From Schmidtea polychroa (lineage: Eukaryota): a stretch of 64,000 nucleotides of DNA. The stretch lies in the NCBI GenBank assembly GCA_044892525.1, contig CM097888.1:88784001-88848000 (forward strand), in the 5' to 3' direction. The translations under genes and the position numbers were made by a program. Below the pieces are notes generated by a model. The model was not told the origin of the DNA and made no database searches. It saw only the letters and a list, made by a program, of their open reading frames with translations. This document shows, piece after piece, positions 52,241 to 64,000 of this stretch. Every line of letters begins with the position of its first letter. The first letter of the stretch is position 1.

Positions 52241-52658
52241 AAGCCTGGACTAGTTGTGTGGATATATATATATGTTAAAAAATCGATAATGATCCACAGT
52301 TTTAAGTAAATTACCTAACTACTTTAAGCTGTCGGAGACAGATTTGGTCGGTTGGGTTTCTGTAAACTTGTAAAGGGGCGGGGGTACAAGGGGGTGGCAC
52401 GGATTGTTTCTATGCACGCCCATATATATAGATAATTCAATTTAGGTCCCATTATTATATGGAGTGACTTTGAATTAATATTAGTTGTATTTATGTTCAC
52501 TAAACCTATTAATCAACTATTGATTCTCCTAATTCTATTGATTGACGTACAAATTGTCTACTTGTAACAGATTCAATTTGGAAATGGTATATCTACATAA
52601 TACTGTTATCCTTATATTTGATTATATTAGATAAGTTTCTTAATTAATAATTTTTTAG

Positions 52659-53137
52659 AACATCCCATACCACCAGAGGGTGGTATCCAACCACAAGATG
52701 ATCTCCCAGTTGGCGGCGGTGATCAGCAACATGTGAATGAGCCGCCCCAGCAGCAGGTGATCTCCCAGTTGGCGAGAATGGTGCGGCGGGGATAGCTCCA
52801 AATCAACCAGTTTGTATTGCAGCGATGTTGCAAGGTATTTATAAAATTTATAAATATTATAATTATTTTAATTTTTAGTAATGCAACAAATGGAACAACT
52901 GCGAGCTGATATAGCAGCTGATATGGCAGCTGCCCAAGAACAAATGACAGCTAATATGGCAGTTGGCCATGCAGGTAATTTATCATTATTATTATAATTT
53001 TTTTAAATTTTTATTATTATAGCAATAATCCGCACCAGGTGATCTGCCCTTTACAAGAAGTTGGTAATGCAGCAATAATGGCGCTGCTGCAAGGTATTTA
53101 TAAAATTTATAAATATTATAATTATTTTAATTTTTAA
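52659..53137 (+). pseudogene. Three-exon fragment of a repetitive Q/A/G-rich gene with 44-48-nt introns
   Basis: GC-rich exons 52659-52834, 52879-52974 and 53023-53093, separated by GT-AG introns 52835-52878 and 52975-53022. A third intron (53094-) is a copy of the first but has lost its AG. Confidence 0.6.
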
Positions 53138-53144
53138 TGATATT

Positions 53145-54403
53145 TTGGTTTTATCAAAAAATGTTAAAGAAGTAAATATCTTATTACGGGACCCACCAAT
53201 CTTCCTTCAGAATACAATTTCCATGCTAGATATTCAAGTCGTAAAAGAAGAAACATCCGATGAAGAATTCAATGAATTCATTATGAATCTCTATCGAACA
53301 GCTCTGAAAGTCATTGAAATAGGCAAAAAGTCTGTATCTTTTAATAGGTCATTAGAAATATCCATAAGAGATTTTTCGGATGTGGTCAATAAATATGACA
53401 AACTAGACAGAAGGGCTCATAGGTTGCTAATTTATGAATTTATTATTCACATCTGCGCAAATATCTCCTTTACCAAGCGCGTAAAACGAATTTTCAAATT
53501 GACACAAGAATGTATCGACTCATACAGACGTAACATCATAAATCGTGTTCAACTTATAAATTATTTTCAAATTTTGTCAGAAAAATTGTCGAAATTAGTT
53601 GAAAAGTACGATTTTTCAATAAAATTATTTGAATGGCTGATAGAAAGAGTTATTGCCTTCTTTGAAAATGCCATATCAAGGGAAATGAACGGGTTTGTCC
53701 CACATTTATCTATGAGAAAATTGTCAATTTCAAACCCCTCCATGAAACATATCAAAATACAGGATACAAGAAATACAAAATATGATAATGANNNNNNNNN
53801 NNNNNNNNNNNNNNNNNNNNNNNNNNNNNNNNNNNNNNNNNNNNNNNNNNNNNNNNNNNNNNNNNNNNNNNNNNNNNNNNNNNNNNNNNNNNNNNNNNNN
53901 NNNNNNNNNNNNNNNNNNNNNNNNNNNNNNNNNNNNNNNNNNNNNNNNNNNNNNNNNNNNNNNNNNNNNNNNNNNNNNNNNNGTACCGAATTTGATAGCC
54001 TTGTAGACACAGTCTCAATCTTTGCCAATAAGGTAAAGTGCATCAAGCTTTTGTTGTTGGATCGAAAAATAATATCAGCCGATTTGATATCTATTTAGCA
54101 AATGAATTACAATTTTATATGATTTTTGAAATCATGAATACCAATAACACAGTGAGCATCGTGTTCAACGCAGCCGTGAAACTCATATCATTCAAAATTG
54201 ATTTCTTAATTTGTGTCGAAAGTTTCATTAAAGATTCCGCGTACGAAAAGTTTTCACAAAAAACACAATGGATTGCTGATAATTTTCGTACAACTGAGAG
54301 AAAAATTGAACAATTATTCTCTATAGCTGGGGTACCTAATAACATATCAGTCACTCGAAATCAAGTGGATAAATGTCTTTCTCTTTTGGCAGCTCTTTGG
54401 TGA
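53145..54403 (+). CDS. Unrecognised intronless, probably helical ORF spanning an assembly gap (frame break near 54090)
   Basis: 215 open codons before the N-run and further open frames after it, ending KCLSLLAALW*. AATAAA follows, and the 3' end is repeated at 57067-57528. Confidence 0.45.
53792..53982. other. Assembly gap (191 N)
   Basis: Run of n. Confidence 1.
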
Positions 54404-54775
54404 TCTCTTTTACCAGCTTCTTTGAATACAATTGTGTTTTTGGTAATAAATTACTTCTACTGTATTTTACTTAATTATTTATAAAATCTTTTTATATATT
54501 TTATAAATCCAAATTGTGCTCGTTTATTAAATTATCAGTTATTTTTCTGGGCCAGGTGTGTATGCATGTGTGTTTTGTGTATGTGTTTTGTTGTGCGTGA
54601 TTTTGTGTATGTGTAAATAATGCTAAATAAAGTATATCATTATATTATATTTTTATCAGTTATTTTTCTGGGCCAGGTGTGTATGCATGTGTGTTTTGTG
54701 TATGTGTTTTGTTGTGCGTGATTTTGTGTATGTGTAAATAATGCTAAATAAAGTATATCATTATATTATATTTTT
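54200..54775 (+). repeat. Dispersed repeat copy 1 (last about 121 bp tandemly duplicated)
   Basis: Highly similar to 57067-57528. The unit ttatcagttatttttctgggccaggtgtg.. starts at 54532 and 54653. Confidence 0.9.
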
Positions 54776-55892
54776 AACCAATGAGAAGTAAGAAAAAGGA
54801 AAAAATCGAGATGTATTTGCTAAAATTCCATGAGATTGACAAGGACTATCTTATTTCATTAAATACATTATTCGCAGCAAAATGCTTAAATTATCACTTT
54901 ATTGTTTTGTATAATCAATTAAAATCAATTTATTTGAATTATAAATTTAAAAAATAAACAATTGTTCAAATTGGACAAATTATACATTATTCGATAGAGA
55001 AAAGTTGATATGGTAAATATTTATATGAAATAAATAGTTCAAGAGCCTGGATGAGTGCATTTTCCCCCTCCCGCATTCCTAATAAGGAATGAATATAAAA
55101 AATCTCGAATTTGTTGGTAATCTACGAAGTGGCTCCAATTATAACAGCAGAAATGGAGGGTTCATTTAGCAGGAGAAATTTCGATGATTATGTAACAGGC
55201 CCGTCATGGAAAAGGTCGCATTGATCTGCTGAATCTGTCCATATTTTCTATCCAATTACCCAATCGATTGTAGGTTTATATCAATTTGCATATTTTCTAT
55301 TAATTGATCAGATAATTTTGTTTATTATTATCAAAGATTTAACTGATCACCGAAAAGAAGATGCAGCTTGTCTTTTATGCGCAGAAATACCTTCCGATTA
55401 ACCAGATTCCAATGGTAACCACTCAGAAACTTCCTCCAGAAAGAATTAGTCATGGCCAGCTACGAAAGAGAACTAAGCGAAAACAGAAATGCTGAAAAGA
55501 GATGGAAGTAGACGAAACCAGTGAATAACAGAGAACATTATAGATTAAAGCGGTTTATCAAGGGGACTTACTTAAGTCCTCTTATGGCTTGTGGTTAAAC
55601 TTTTTATGTTCGTTTTGTCAGAGAATAATGTAGGCAATTTCCAGTAATTGTTAGCTTTGTCGTATACCAAGCACAGATCATAATATAATAAAATTAATCA
55701 GAATTGTGGGAAATCAATATTTCTTGGAAGAATTAACTATTTTGCTTTTAGGAAATTAGCAAATTGAGAGTTGATTAATGTCGATTAAGCTCTATATAAA
55801 AAAAACACCGTTTCCACACAAATCAATATTGATATCATTCAAAATCATAGGATGGTATTTGAAACTTTACGTTACGAAACAGTATACGTTAA

Positions 55893-56342
55893 CTATATTT
55901 TGAGAGTATTACCTACACCGTCAATAACTGGTAGAATTATTATTTGTATTGTTTCACTTGTACTTTTAATAGTTAATTCGGTAACTCCCAATCGTTTCGC
56001 GTTTTCCACATGTTGAAATGTTATCTCAAATAGATATAAATCACAAGAAATATGTAAAAATTCCCCTAGAATGTAGCAATAATCGTTTAATTGAATCATT
56101 GGTGCATAAGATTCAATAAAATAAATATTACTAACTGTTTTCAATACATTTTCTTTGTATTCAATTTTAGCTTTACTATGAAATGGAAATGTACTGTATA
56201 CAAATGTGTAATCAAGTAAAGCAACTTTCAAATTACCATTTAAATAAATATAATTTTGAAAACTGACCATAAATTTGCTAGCTTGATTATCTGGATGTAT
56301 TTTTGGACAACTATTACTCGGTAGAATGGTATAGAAATTCAT
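55893..56342 (-). mobile_element. Maverick/Polinton (adintovirus) minor capsid (penton)-like fragment
   Basis: MNFYTILPSNSCPKIHPDNQASKFMVSFQNYIYLNGNLKVALLDYTF matches the FYxxLPSNS..PxN..S.F...L....L.G...VAL.E N-terminus typical of Maverick pentons. Confidence 0.7.
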
Positions 56343-56459
56343 TTTACTAGATCTATTGCTGATATCCAAGTTCGGTTTTGATATCCATGCCACTTGACAT
56401 AAATTTGTTTATCTTTATTCAACATTGTAGTTTTCAATATTGTTTCAATTCTAAAACTG

Positions 56460-56580
56460 TTGGTGAAGGAAGAACTTGGAGCTCTTGTTCGAAGAATTTA
56501 CCATGAATGCAACATTTCAAAAATTAATAAGGCGAAGTCCCGCAGAAGTAATATTTGGAAGAAAAATAACTCGAAAATAA
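56460..56580 (+). mobile_element. Ty3/Gypsy integrase fragment
   Basis: EFTMNATFQKLIRRSPAEVIFGRKITRK* corresponds to the end of the integrase core. Confidence 0.65.
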
Positions 56581-57066
56581 TTTCATAGTAAAGCGCCGAT
56601 TTCACAAAAAGAAGACCCACGAGAAACAACGACAATTTGGCATTCATTGATAAGTCTATCAGAAATCAGTTTTGATAATCACAAACCGATTGCAATCTTA
56701 TCTGACAAATCAAATGTAAATTATGAATATCGCTAATAATTATGTTATGGATGGCATTGCAAATTGCACGCTTCTGAGTTTCATGATAGCATTATGCGTG
56801 TGTATGTATTTATTGATTTTTATTTGTTTCGTTCTTTACACAACTTTTACTTCATACGACAGTGTAAAAAGGAGAAGAAATTTCTTGAAGCTGGAATTAT
56901 GAAATTGTCAGAGAGATGGCAGCTCATAATTATTGAACAAAATGGTTAATTTTTATTGTAACAAACCAAAAAATAAGTTGGTTTCTAAATTTTATAACAT
57001 GTAAAAAAATCATTTATGCTGATTGGTACCGGGTGAAACGGAACTTTAAAATATTAAAAAAAATGA

Positions 57067-57528
57067 TTCAAAAATGATTCCTTAATTTGTGTCTAAAGTT
57101 TCATTAAAGATTCCGCGCACGAAAAATTTTCACAAAAAACACAATGGATTGCTGAATGTTTTCATACAACTGAGAGAATAATTGAACAATTATTCTCTTT
57201 AGCTGGGGTACCTAATAACATATCAATCACTCGAAATCAAGTGGATAAATGTCTTTCTCTTTTGGCAGCTCTTTGGTGATCTCTTTTACCAGCTTCTTTG
57301 AATACATTTGTGTTTTTGGTAATAAATTACTTCTACTGTATTTTACTTAATTATTTATAAAATCTTTTTATATATTTTATAAATCCAAATTGTGCTCGTT
57401 TATTAAATTATCAGTTATTTTTCTGGGCCAGGTGTGTATGCATGTGTGTTTTGTGTATGTGTTTTGTTGTGCGTGATTTTGTGTATGTGTATATAATGCT
57501 AAATAAAGTATATCATTATATTATATTT
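57067..57528 (+). repeat. Dispersed repeat copy 2 (3' end of the 53145-54403 ORF plus UTR)
   Basis: Direct alignment to 54200-54652 with scattered substitutions. Confidence 0.9.
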
Positions 57529-58445
57529 CATACGAAATATGCAGCAAACTAAAATATATATTTCAAGCAACATGAATGTAAATACAAAACAAGCTATGAA
57601 AACATGCTATAAAATCCGATTTTGTTACGAAGAATTCATGTCTACAGTTAAACGCTTCCTTTTCTCAAGTCTTACTACATTCAAATTTACAAATTTCAAT
57701 CAAATTTTTCATTCTCTCATTATCCAGTTATTTTATTTGAAGTACTTATTGAATGTGGTGGGTTACAGTTAGATATTCGTGCTGTTTCTAGCGTAACCCA
57801 GAATACAAACGATTGCTCTCCGCTTGATACCCGTTGAGCGATCACGTTGATACTGCATCAAGCGGGTGAGTGCTCGCAAGAAGTGAGCGTACTATTTACG
57901 CTATAATTGTCGGGCACTCCTTGGGTTCACGGACTATCGATAGAAGATGTGTGTCCAATTTGCTCTGGTTCCATAATTTATAAACTCTATATAAACTGTT
58001 AATTAACATCAAACATACTCGGTGAAATCAAAATGGTTTTATTAACATTCTCATCAGTTCATTACACCACTGTTTGTGAGTTATATTGAGACTGCGACAA
58101 CCCCTGAACACTAGAAAACAAAAAGACATTATTAGCTTCATCTTCTCCCTATTCTACCCTTCTCTCTCGCTTGAGAAGCACTATCAAATATAATCCAATA
58201 TAGATATACGGTTAATGGGTAATTTTAGAATAAAGATCAGAATCATCCCGTTTTATTGTAAATCCCAAAAAATGAAAATACACTATTTAAAAATGAATAA
58301 TCAAGATAGAGGTGTTAATTGTCGCAGCCATTAAGGGCTGAAATCACCATGTCACTATAATTTTATCCCGTGGGACAATATTCTGGGGCCTCCCACGTTT
58401 CGTAGGAGGGGTTGGTTCATCTTCGGATTGATCCTTCGATACTTA

Positions 58446-59397
58446 TATTGAGCTTCAGCGATTAAATTTAAATCCAAAATCTAACGAATAAGCAAAACCA
58501 GCAATTAATAATCAAAGTTAAGTTTGACTGATACTCCGCTCGGTGTTGATGCTTTGACAAAAGATAATATTCGCATTAATTCTATAGGTTCTCTTGACCA
58601 ACGTTTTCCTTTTTCTCTTTGATTTGATCCTATTTCATCTTTTCGAATTCTTATCATATATCTACTTTTTTCCTAGTCTCCTTAATTCGTTTTTACCTTT
58701 CGCCTATTCTTACGATAACTGAGGCAAATGCCAATTTGCTCTGATTTCCCCATTCCTTATATACTCTTCGAAATCAGGATGACAAATGGTTGTTGCCGAG
58801 CCAATCTCTCACTTGACATCGACTCCACATATCTGCGTCGGCTGTCATCCATAATGGTCCAACGAACAATGATAATTAATGGACATCCTGCCTTTCTGCA
58901 CGCACTACCTTCTCCTTGGTCTTTTCCCATTAATCATTGTGTCACGATAATGGGCCCAAATCTTCATTCTATTTACTTTTCTCTTTGTTTACCCAGCTCG
59001 GATTTCCTTCATCTCTTTGGTTCTCCATTAACTCGTGTTTTCTATTAGCCAATTAATTAATTAACGTTTTCTGTTTTAACACCTTTGAATGCTTTTCCAC
59101 CCTTTCTAACCATTTTCTGTTAATCCCTAATCATCATCTTGTTGACCATCAGTTAATCTATACCTGTCCCGTTTTCCCAATTCAGTTTCGACGATTTTAC
59201 AATTTATTGATTTTCTCGGATTTCCGGATACTTGCCTTACGCAACTGCTTTTGCCATTTCCTAATACTGCTTCCAACATACTTTCCTTTACTATCAATTC
59301 TATGCATGATCACGCTTTTATTTGTCATTTTCCTTCACTTACTTTTTATTTAAATTTTCAACTTAAATTTATTAATAAAAAGATTGAATAACCAACA
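58446..59397 (-). mobile_element. Solo LTR, diverged member of the 39491-40539 family
   Basis: Colinear similarity along most of its length (ctccgctcggtgttgatgctttg, cttatatactcttcgaaatcaggatgacaaatggtt, ccattagccaattaattaattaacgttttctgtttt) and a right end ccaaca. The left end is approximate. Confidence 0.8.
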
Positions 59398-61690
59398 ACT
59401 TTTGAGAAATAAAATTTTTTAATGGAAATTTTTATGAAATATACATATATAATTAAATTTCATAAAGTCATAAAATGTGTCAATTATCATTAATAAAAGT
59501 TAAATATTTAATTGTAATTTTTATGTTTATAATCATTTTCTACAGCATCTTTATTAGGAATTAAATTCAAAAACATAAAAAGGGATTAAAAAATCTTCAT
59601 TTAATAATAAATTTCATAAATTGAATAATAAATTTAACAATCAATTTTATTCATTCATCGCTCATTACAATCAAATAATTGATATTGATTAATATAATTA
59701 ATAATTAAGTCAATATATAATATTCTATTTGCAATTATAATTATATTAAAATAGATAAATAATAAGATGGATTGTTGTTATTATACAATTCCAAAGGTGA
59801 CACGGAGTATATTCCCAGGGTAACATGGGATCCCCTTTTTTCGAGGAGAGAATTTCTACCAATGATTGTTATTAAAATAAATAATTAATAAGTAGAATTG
59901 TTATTAGTAGACATTTCCATATCATAAACACTTTTACCCACCAATTAAATCCATATAAACACAATATCGATCAATTAGTTCCCTAGTCACGATTTAGCCA
60001 GTTATAATAATTATTAATTAAAAATAATTATATAATTAACAATAATTAAGCTAACGAACAAACTCACCCACAAAATCAATAATTATAATCACAATTTACC
60101 CGATGTCCGCTTTTTCTCGTCTAATTTTGATTTTTTCTCTAATCGATTTCGGAATGCGACACAATCGATTGATTTCCTTTTCAAGCCGCTTAGAATTTCG
60201 TGTCAAATATAAAAATGAAGGAAATAAATCAAAATCAACATTAATGAAGGCGCATAGATCAGTATAACATATAATACAACGCTGCCATCTTTAATTAATG
60301 AAGTTGATTCTTTAACACCTATAAAAGATTCGATTTTAACCTAGCGACAGACAAATTCGGATCTCGATACATTATTAAACTAATTCTGATATAACAGCCA
60401 ATGAAAATGAATCTATATGACCTAGTTTACGTTAATAACTAAAACTAACAATAAATTTAAATAAATCAAAACTGAGAACTATTCAAAATGATTTAGTTAA
60501 ATAATGTAGAGAATAGAAAAATTATTGATTTTACTTTCAGATTCTGTATTTAAGAATGGCCTTTTTTGCAGCATTACTTTGTAAAAACAATGCATTCACT
60601 AGAAATATCACTCAAAACTATTTTTAATTCTGAAGCTTCGTTTTTATCGTTACAAATTTTATCTTGATCTAGTCGATTAAATTGCATAACTTTATCTGAT
60701 AAATTATTTATAGGTTCATCAGGCATTTCAATACTATCATCCAATTCTTCAAAGAACTCATGAGACTCAACAACCTTATCAGCTATGTCAAATAACAACT
60801 TTCATGGAAGGCGCTATATCTGTGATAGGTTCATGTAACTTTGTTTTTACAACTAAATTCAGCTAATAAATTATCCATCTAAAACATAAACTAAAAAATT
60901 AATAAAGCAATTTAAATAATTTACCTAATATATATGCAATTACAAGATGTGACTCTAAAATCCTTATGGATAGAATAAATATTTTAGAGAAGTATTTTGA
61001 TTTATTGTTAGTATTAAAACAAAGTAGGGCTTTGTAAATTTTATGATTATTATTTAAATATAATTATTTTAAAACACATTGTGTTTTTTATTTTCTTTGA
61101 TTACATTAAGATTTTATATTTTCAAATTTAGGATAAAGCTTATAAAAGAATTTCAGCTCGATAACTTGTTGAAAAATAAATTATATACCCACAGTATTTT
61201 AGTAAACTCGAAGAAAATGATGTAAAAATATATAATAAAATTAACTCTAAAATAAAATTTCAAAAATTTTTAATTTATCAAGTATTAATCTTAATTGATA
61301 AAATAATAAAAACCCCTTTATCTGTCCCTAAATTAATATATAAATACTTAAATTTAAAGATGTCATGTAACCAGTGTCTCTATTCCTATAAACCAATATT
61401 TTCGGTTTCGGAATAACATTTGATAGTATAATTAAAGTAAACTGAACAAACCCTGACCAAATATATTTTTGCATAATACATGCGGAAAACAGTGAAAGAA
61501 TAATTTTAAAAAGTTTCACTTTACGTAATCACTAATTTTCCTATTTAATGTTTGCAAATTTGGATTATTTGATAGGAACAGATGGCACAATTTCTAGATT
61601 GAATCTGCTATAATCAGAGAATTTTGATTAAAAATTCAAGTGATATTTTTTATATTTATGTAGAAAACATAATTAATTCAAATTTAAGTA

Positions 61691-62330
61691 CAAGTATCAC
61701 CCGTTCATCGCGACCCCGGCGAGTGCGAATTCGTTATAACTCGACCGACAATTTAAAAAAAAATTTTCAGACATTGGCTCTGACAGTGCGATAAATCATC
61801 ATAATGAGTAACATATAAAGTTCTTGCTCACTTACACGCATATAAATGTACATAGTAAGTCATGAGAGTGAGAGAGATGAAATGGCATCGCTACGTGGCT
61901 CCTAGTAGATACAATTTACAATATAGATACTGTTGATCTAGTTTAGCTTTCAATTCGAGAGAATACTGACGTCTTAGCTGCGATTACAAGCGCGTGTTAA
62001 TTAATTAAATTAATTACATAATAAATTTTAAGCCCTTCGTAATGTCAAAAAGACAAAGTATAAAATCGGTTAAGAAAACTAGTAAAGTAGTGACCTTGGA
62101 ATGGAAACTAAAAATTATTGAAATGATAGAAAATGGTATTAAATGTACAGCTGTGGGAAGTGACTTAAAATGGGCTGAGAACGATTGTGTGACAAAAAGA
62201 TAAAATTAAAAAGGCTGATGAGAGTGTTACTCCAATTACAGCAACGAAAGTTTCACGAACCAGACGTTTTTTGATGACGGAAACGGAGAATTTATTAAGC
62301 AAATGGATAGAGGATCTGAAGGAAGTGTAC
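61691..62330 (+). mobile_element. Tigger/pogo 5' fragment
   Basis: TA-CAAGTATCACCCG.. terminus, and from ATG 62042: VVTLEWKLKIIEMIENG..TPITATKVSRTRRFLMTETENLLSKWIED (TIGD1-like HTH). Confidence 0.75.
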
Positions 62331-62558
62331 TCCATAACTCACGTTAAAAAAAGATTTTGGGGAGAGGTTTATGTTTTTTATCAATACCTCCATAGAAATT
62401 TTTTTATTTTTGAGGACTCATCAGGTGACTCATCGATGTCTCATTTCAAATATTTTAATTCATTGTTAACGATGAGTCATGGAGCACACTTCCTTCTACT
62501 CTACTTTTTTTCTCTTTTTCGTCGTTTTCTCAGAGGTCCTATCGGGATATAAGTGTAA

Positions 62559-62702
62559 NNNNNNNNNNNNNNNNNNNNNNNNNNNNNNNNNNNNNNNNNN
62601 NNNNNNNNNNNNNNNNNNNNNNNNNNNNNNNNNNNNNNNNNNNNNNNNNNNNNNNNNNNNNNNNNNNNNNNNNNNNNNNNNNNNNNNNNNNNNNNNNNNN
62701 NN
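62559..62702. other. Assembly gap (144 N)
   Basis: Run of n. Confidence 1.
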
Positions 62703-62975
62703 AAAAGAGATTAGCATGGAAAAATGGTAAGGGTCAAAGGAAAAACAAGTAACGGTAGAACAAGAAGAACAAACAAGGAGGAAATTCAACGTAGGATAAA
62801 ATGTGTTAGTAAAATTAGAAACACGCAACAAAAGCCAGGACAGATATGAGGGACCATATAAAGTGATCGAGAAAGAGCATGACAGGCGATACATCTTAAG
62901 AAACCGAGAATGGTAAAAAGATTGAAAGAAACGTGGAAAAACTTTAAAAATTTCTAAAGAAGGGGGATAAGAGGA
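62703..62975 (+). mobile_element. Ty3/Gypsy integrase C-terminus (GPY/F) with PPT
   Basis: VLVKLETRNKSQDRYEGPYKVIEKEHDRRYILR..GKKIERNVEKL, followed by the purine tract AAGAAGGGGGATAAG. Confidence 0.75.
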
Positions 62976-64000
62976 AGATGGAAGATTCTAAAAGTTTTAA
63001 TTAGAAATTTTGTTAACTTTTTAAAAATATTTTTATCGAAAAATATTTTAAAAGAAAAATTGAAATTTGTTTAAATAAGAAACAAAAGAAAAGATAAGTT
63101 TTGAGTGTATAAATTTTTAAATAAATTTTTTGCAATTATTTAGTGATTTGCAAACAGATGTTAATGTGTTAACGGGTGAGAATACTAAATATTAATGAAA
63201 ATGTGAGAGTGGTGAATAGATACTAAAACTAAACAAGGATTGTCAACTAAAAAAACATGAATATTGTGCCAATTTTAGATAAAAATTATGTATCCATAGT
63301 ACAAGTTAATGAGTCATTGGCAAAAGATAGTCTTTTCTTTATAATGAAAAAATATATACACTGGAAAACGTTGAATGTGGTATGGATGCAAATTGTCTTG
63401 ATGCAATATGTTCTTTCACAAAAAAATCTTTGGCTTGATGTTTCAAGATTTTCTTTAAACATTCATAAAATGTTTTCCTCGAATTAATGTGGTCTATTGC
63501 AGTCAATTAAATCAAGATTATATTTCAGTATCATATAAACATGTTTGATTTTGCTCAACATTCAACTGCTTGGGCATATCTGATTTAGGGAAGCTTCTTC
63601 ATATAATCATCATCTTTCAGTAGCATATATATTAAGAAATATTACAGATCAAAAGTACAAATCAAAGAAGACAGATATTCCCACTGCTGATAATGCAAAA
63701 AATTGATAATTTAAATGTCTCATCCCTCCATACAATGTTTTGATAAAATCTCTTAAAAATAAAACAACGGAATCTGATATATTTGAAAAATTCATATAAT
63801 ATTTAACTTACTTTCACTAATCCGAGAATTAACATAAACATTTAGAAATATATGAAGCTATAAAATTAATTAATGTTGTGAAATAAATTTAGTAATATAT
63901 ATATGACTATATTTTAAATTTATAATAGTTACAATTTCTTCACAAATCATAATAATAAATAACAATTAACAAATAACGTATATTTAAATATTTAAATAAT

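Noticed and set aside
57780-58330. Possible gag/PBS remnant next to the solo LTR (tggctgcgac on the minus strand)
   Set aside because: It is not adjacent to the inferred LTR end and has no convincing Gag motif.
58370-58420. GCCTCCCACG, resembling an HDV L3 loop
   Set aside because: There is no complementary P3 strand and no P1/P2 partners.
60574-60930. Acidic exon-like ORF with an upstream short intron
   Set aside because: Frameshifted and unrecognisable, with insufficient support for a gene call.
62214-62250. CTGATGA plus hairpin, resembling a hammerhead core
   Set aside because: GAAA does not follow stem II, and the site lies in Tigger coding sequence.

Overview
AT-rich eukaryotic (animal) nuclear DNA, not prokaryotic. 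There are no rRNA, tRNA or CRISPR features, and short GT-AG introns (about 36-90 nt) are visible. The one clearly intact host gene is a divergent, intronless innexin (34579-35781, +), which indicates an animal. The composition, intron size and TE load would fit a planarian-like invertebrate, but that is only an inference. Most of the window is nested, decayed mobile DNA: a Tc1/IS630 DD34E element, two piggyBac elements, Tigger/pogo elements and a MITE, several hAT remnants, a NeSL/Utopia-like RLE non-LTR element inserted in a hAT, an R2-like 5' end with an HDV-like ribozyme, Ty3/Gypsy fragments and LTRs, and a Maverick/adintovirus penton fragment. Highlights: (1) a young, pol-less LTR element (39491-44309, -, 4-bp TSD CAAT) whose Gag with three zinc knuckles continues into two tandem ubiquitin-like domains; (2) an unrecognised, apparently spliced ORF family present three times in the window; (3) an intron-bearing TFIIF-alpha (GTF2F1) fragment, partly duplicated, inside a hAT element. 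All homology calls are by eye from remembered motifs; no searches were run.
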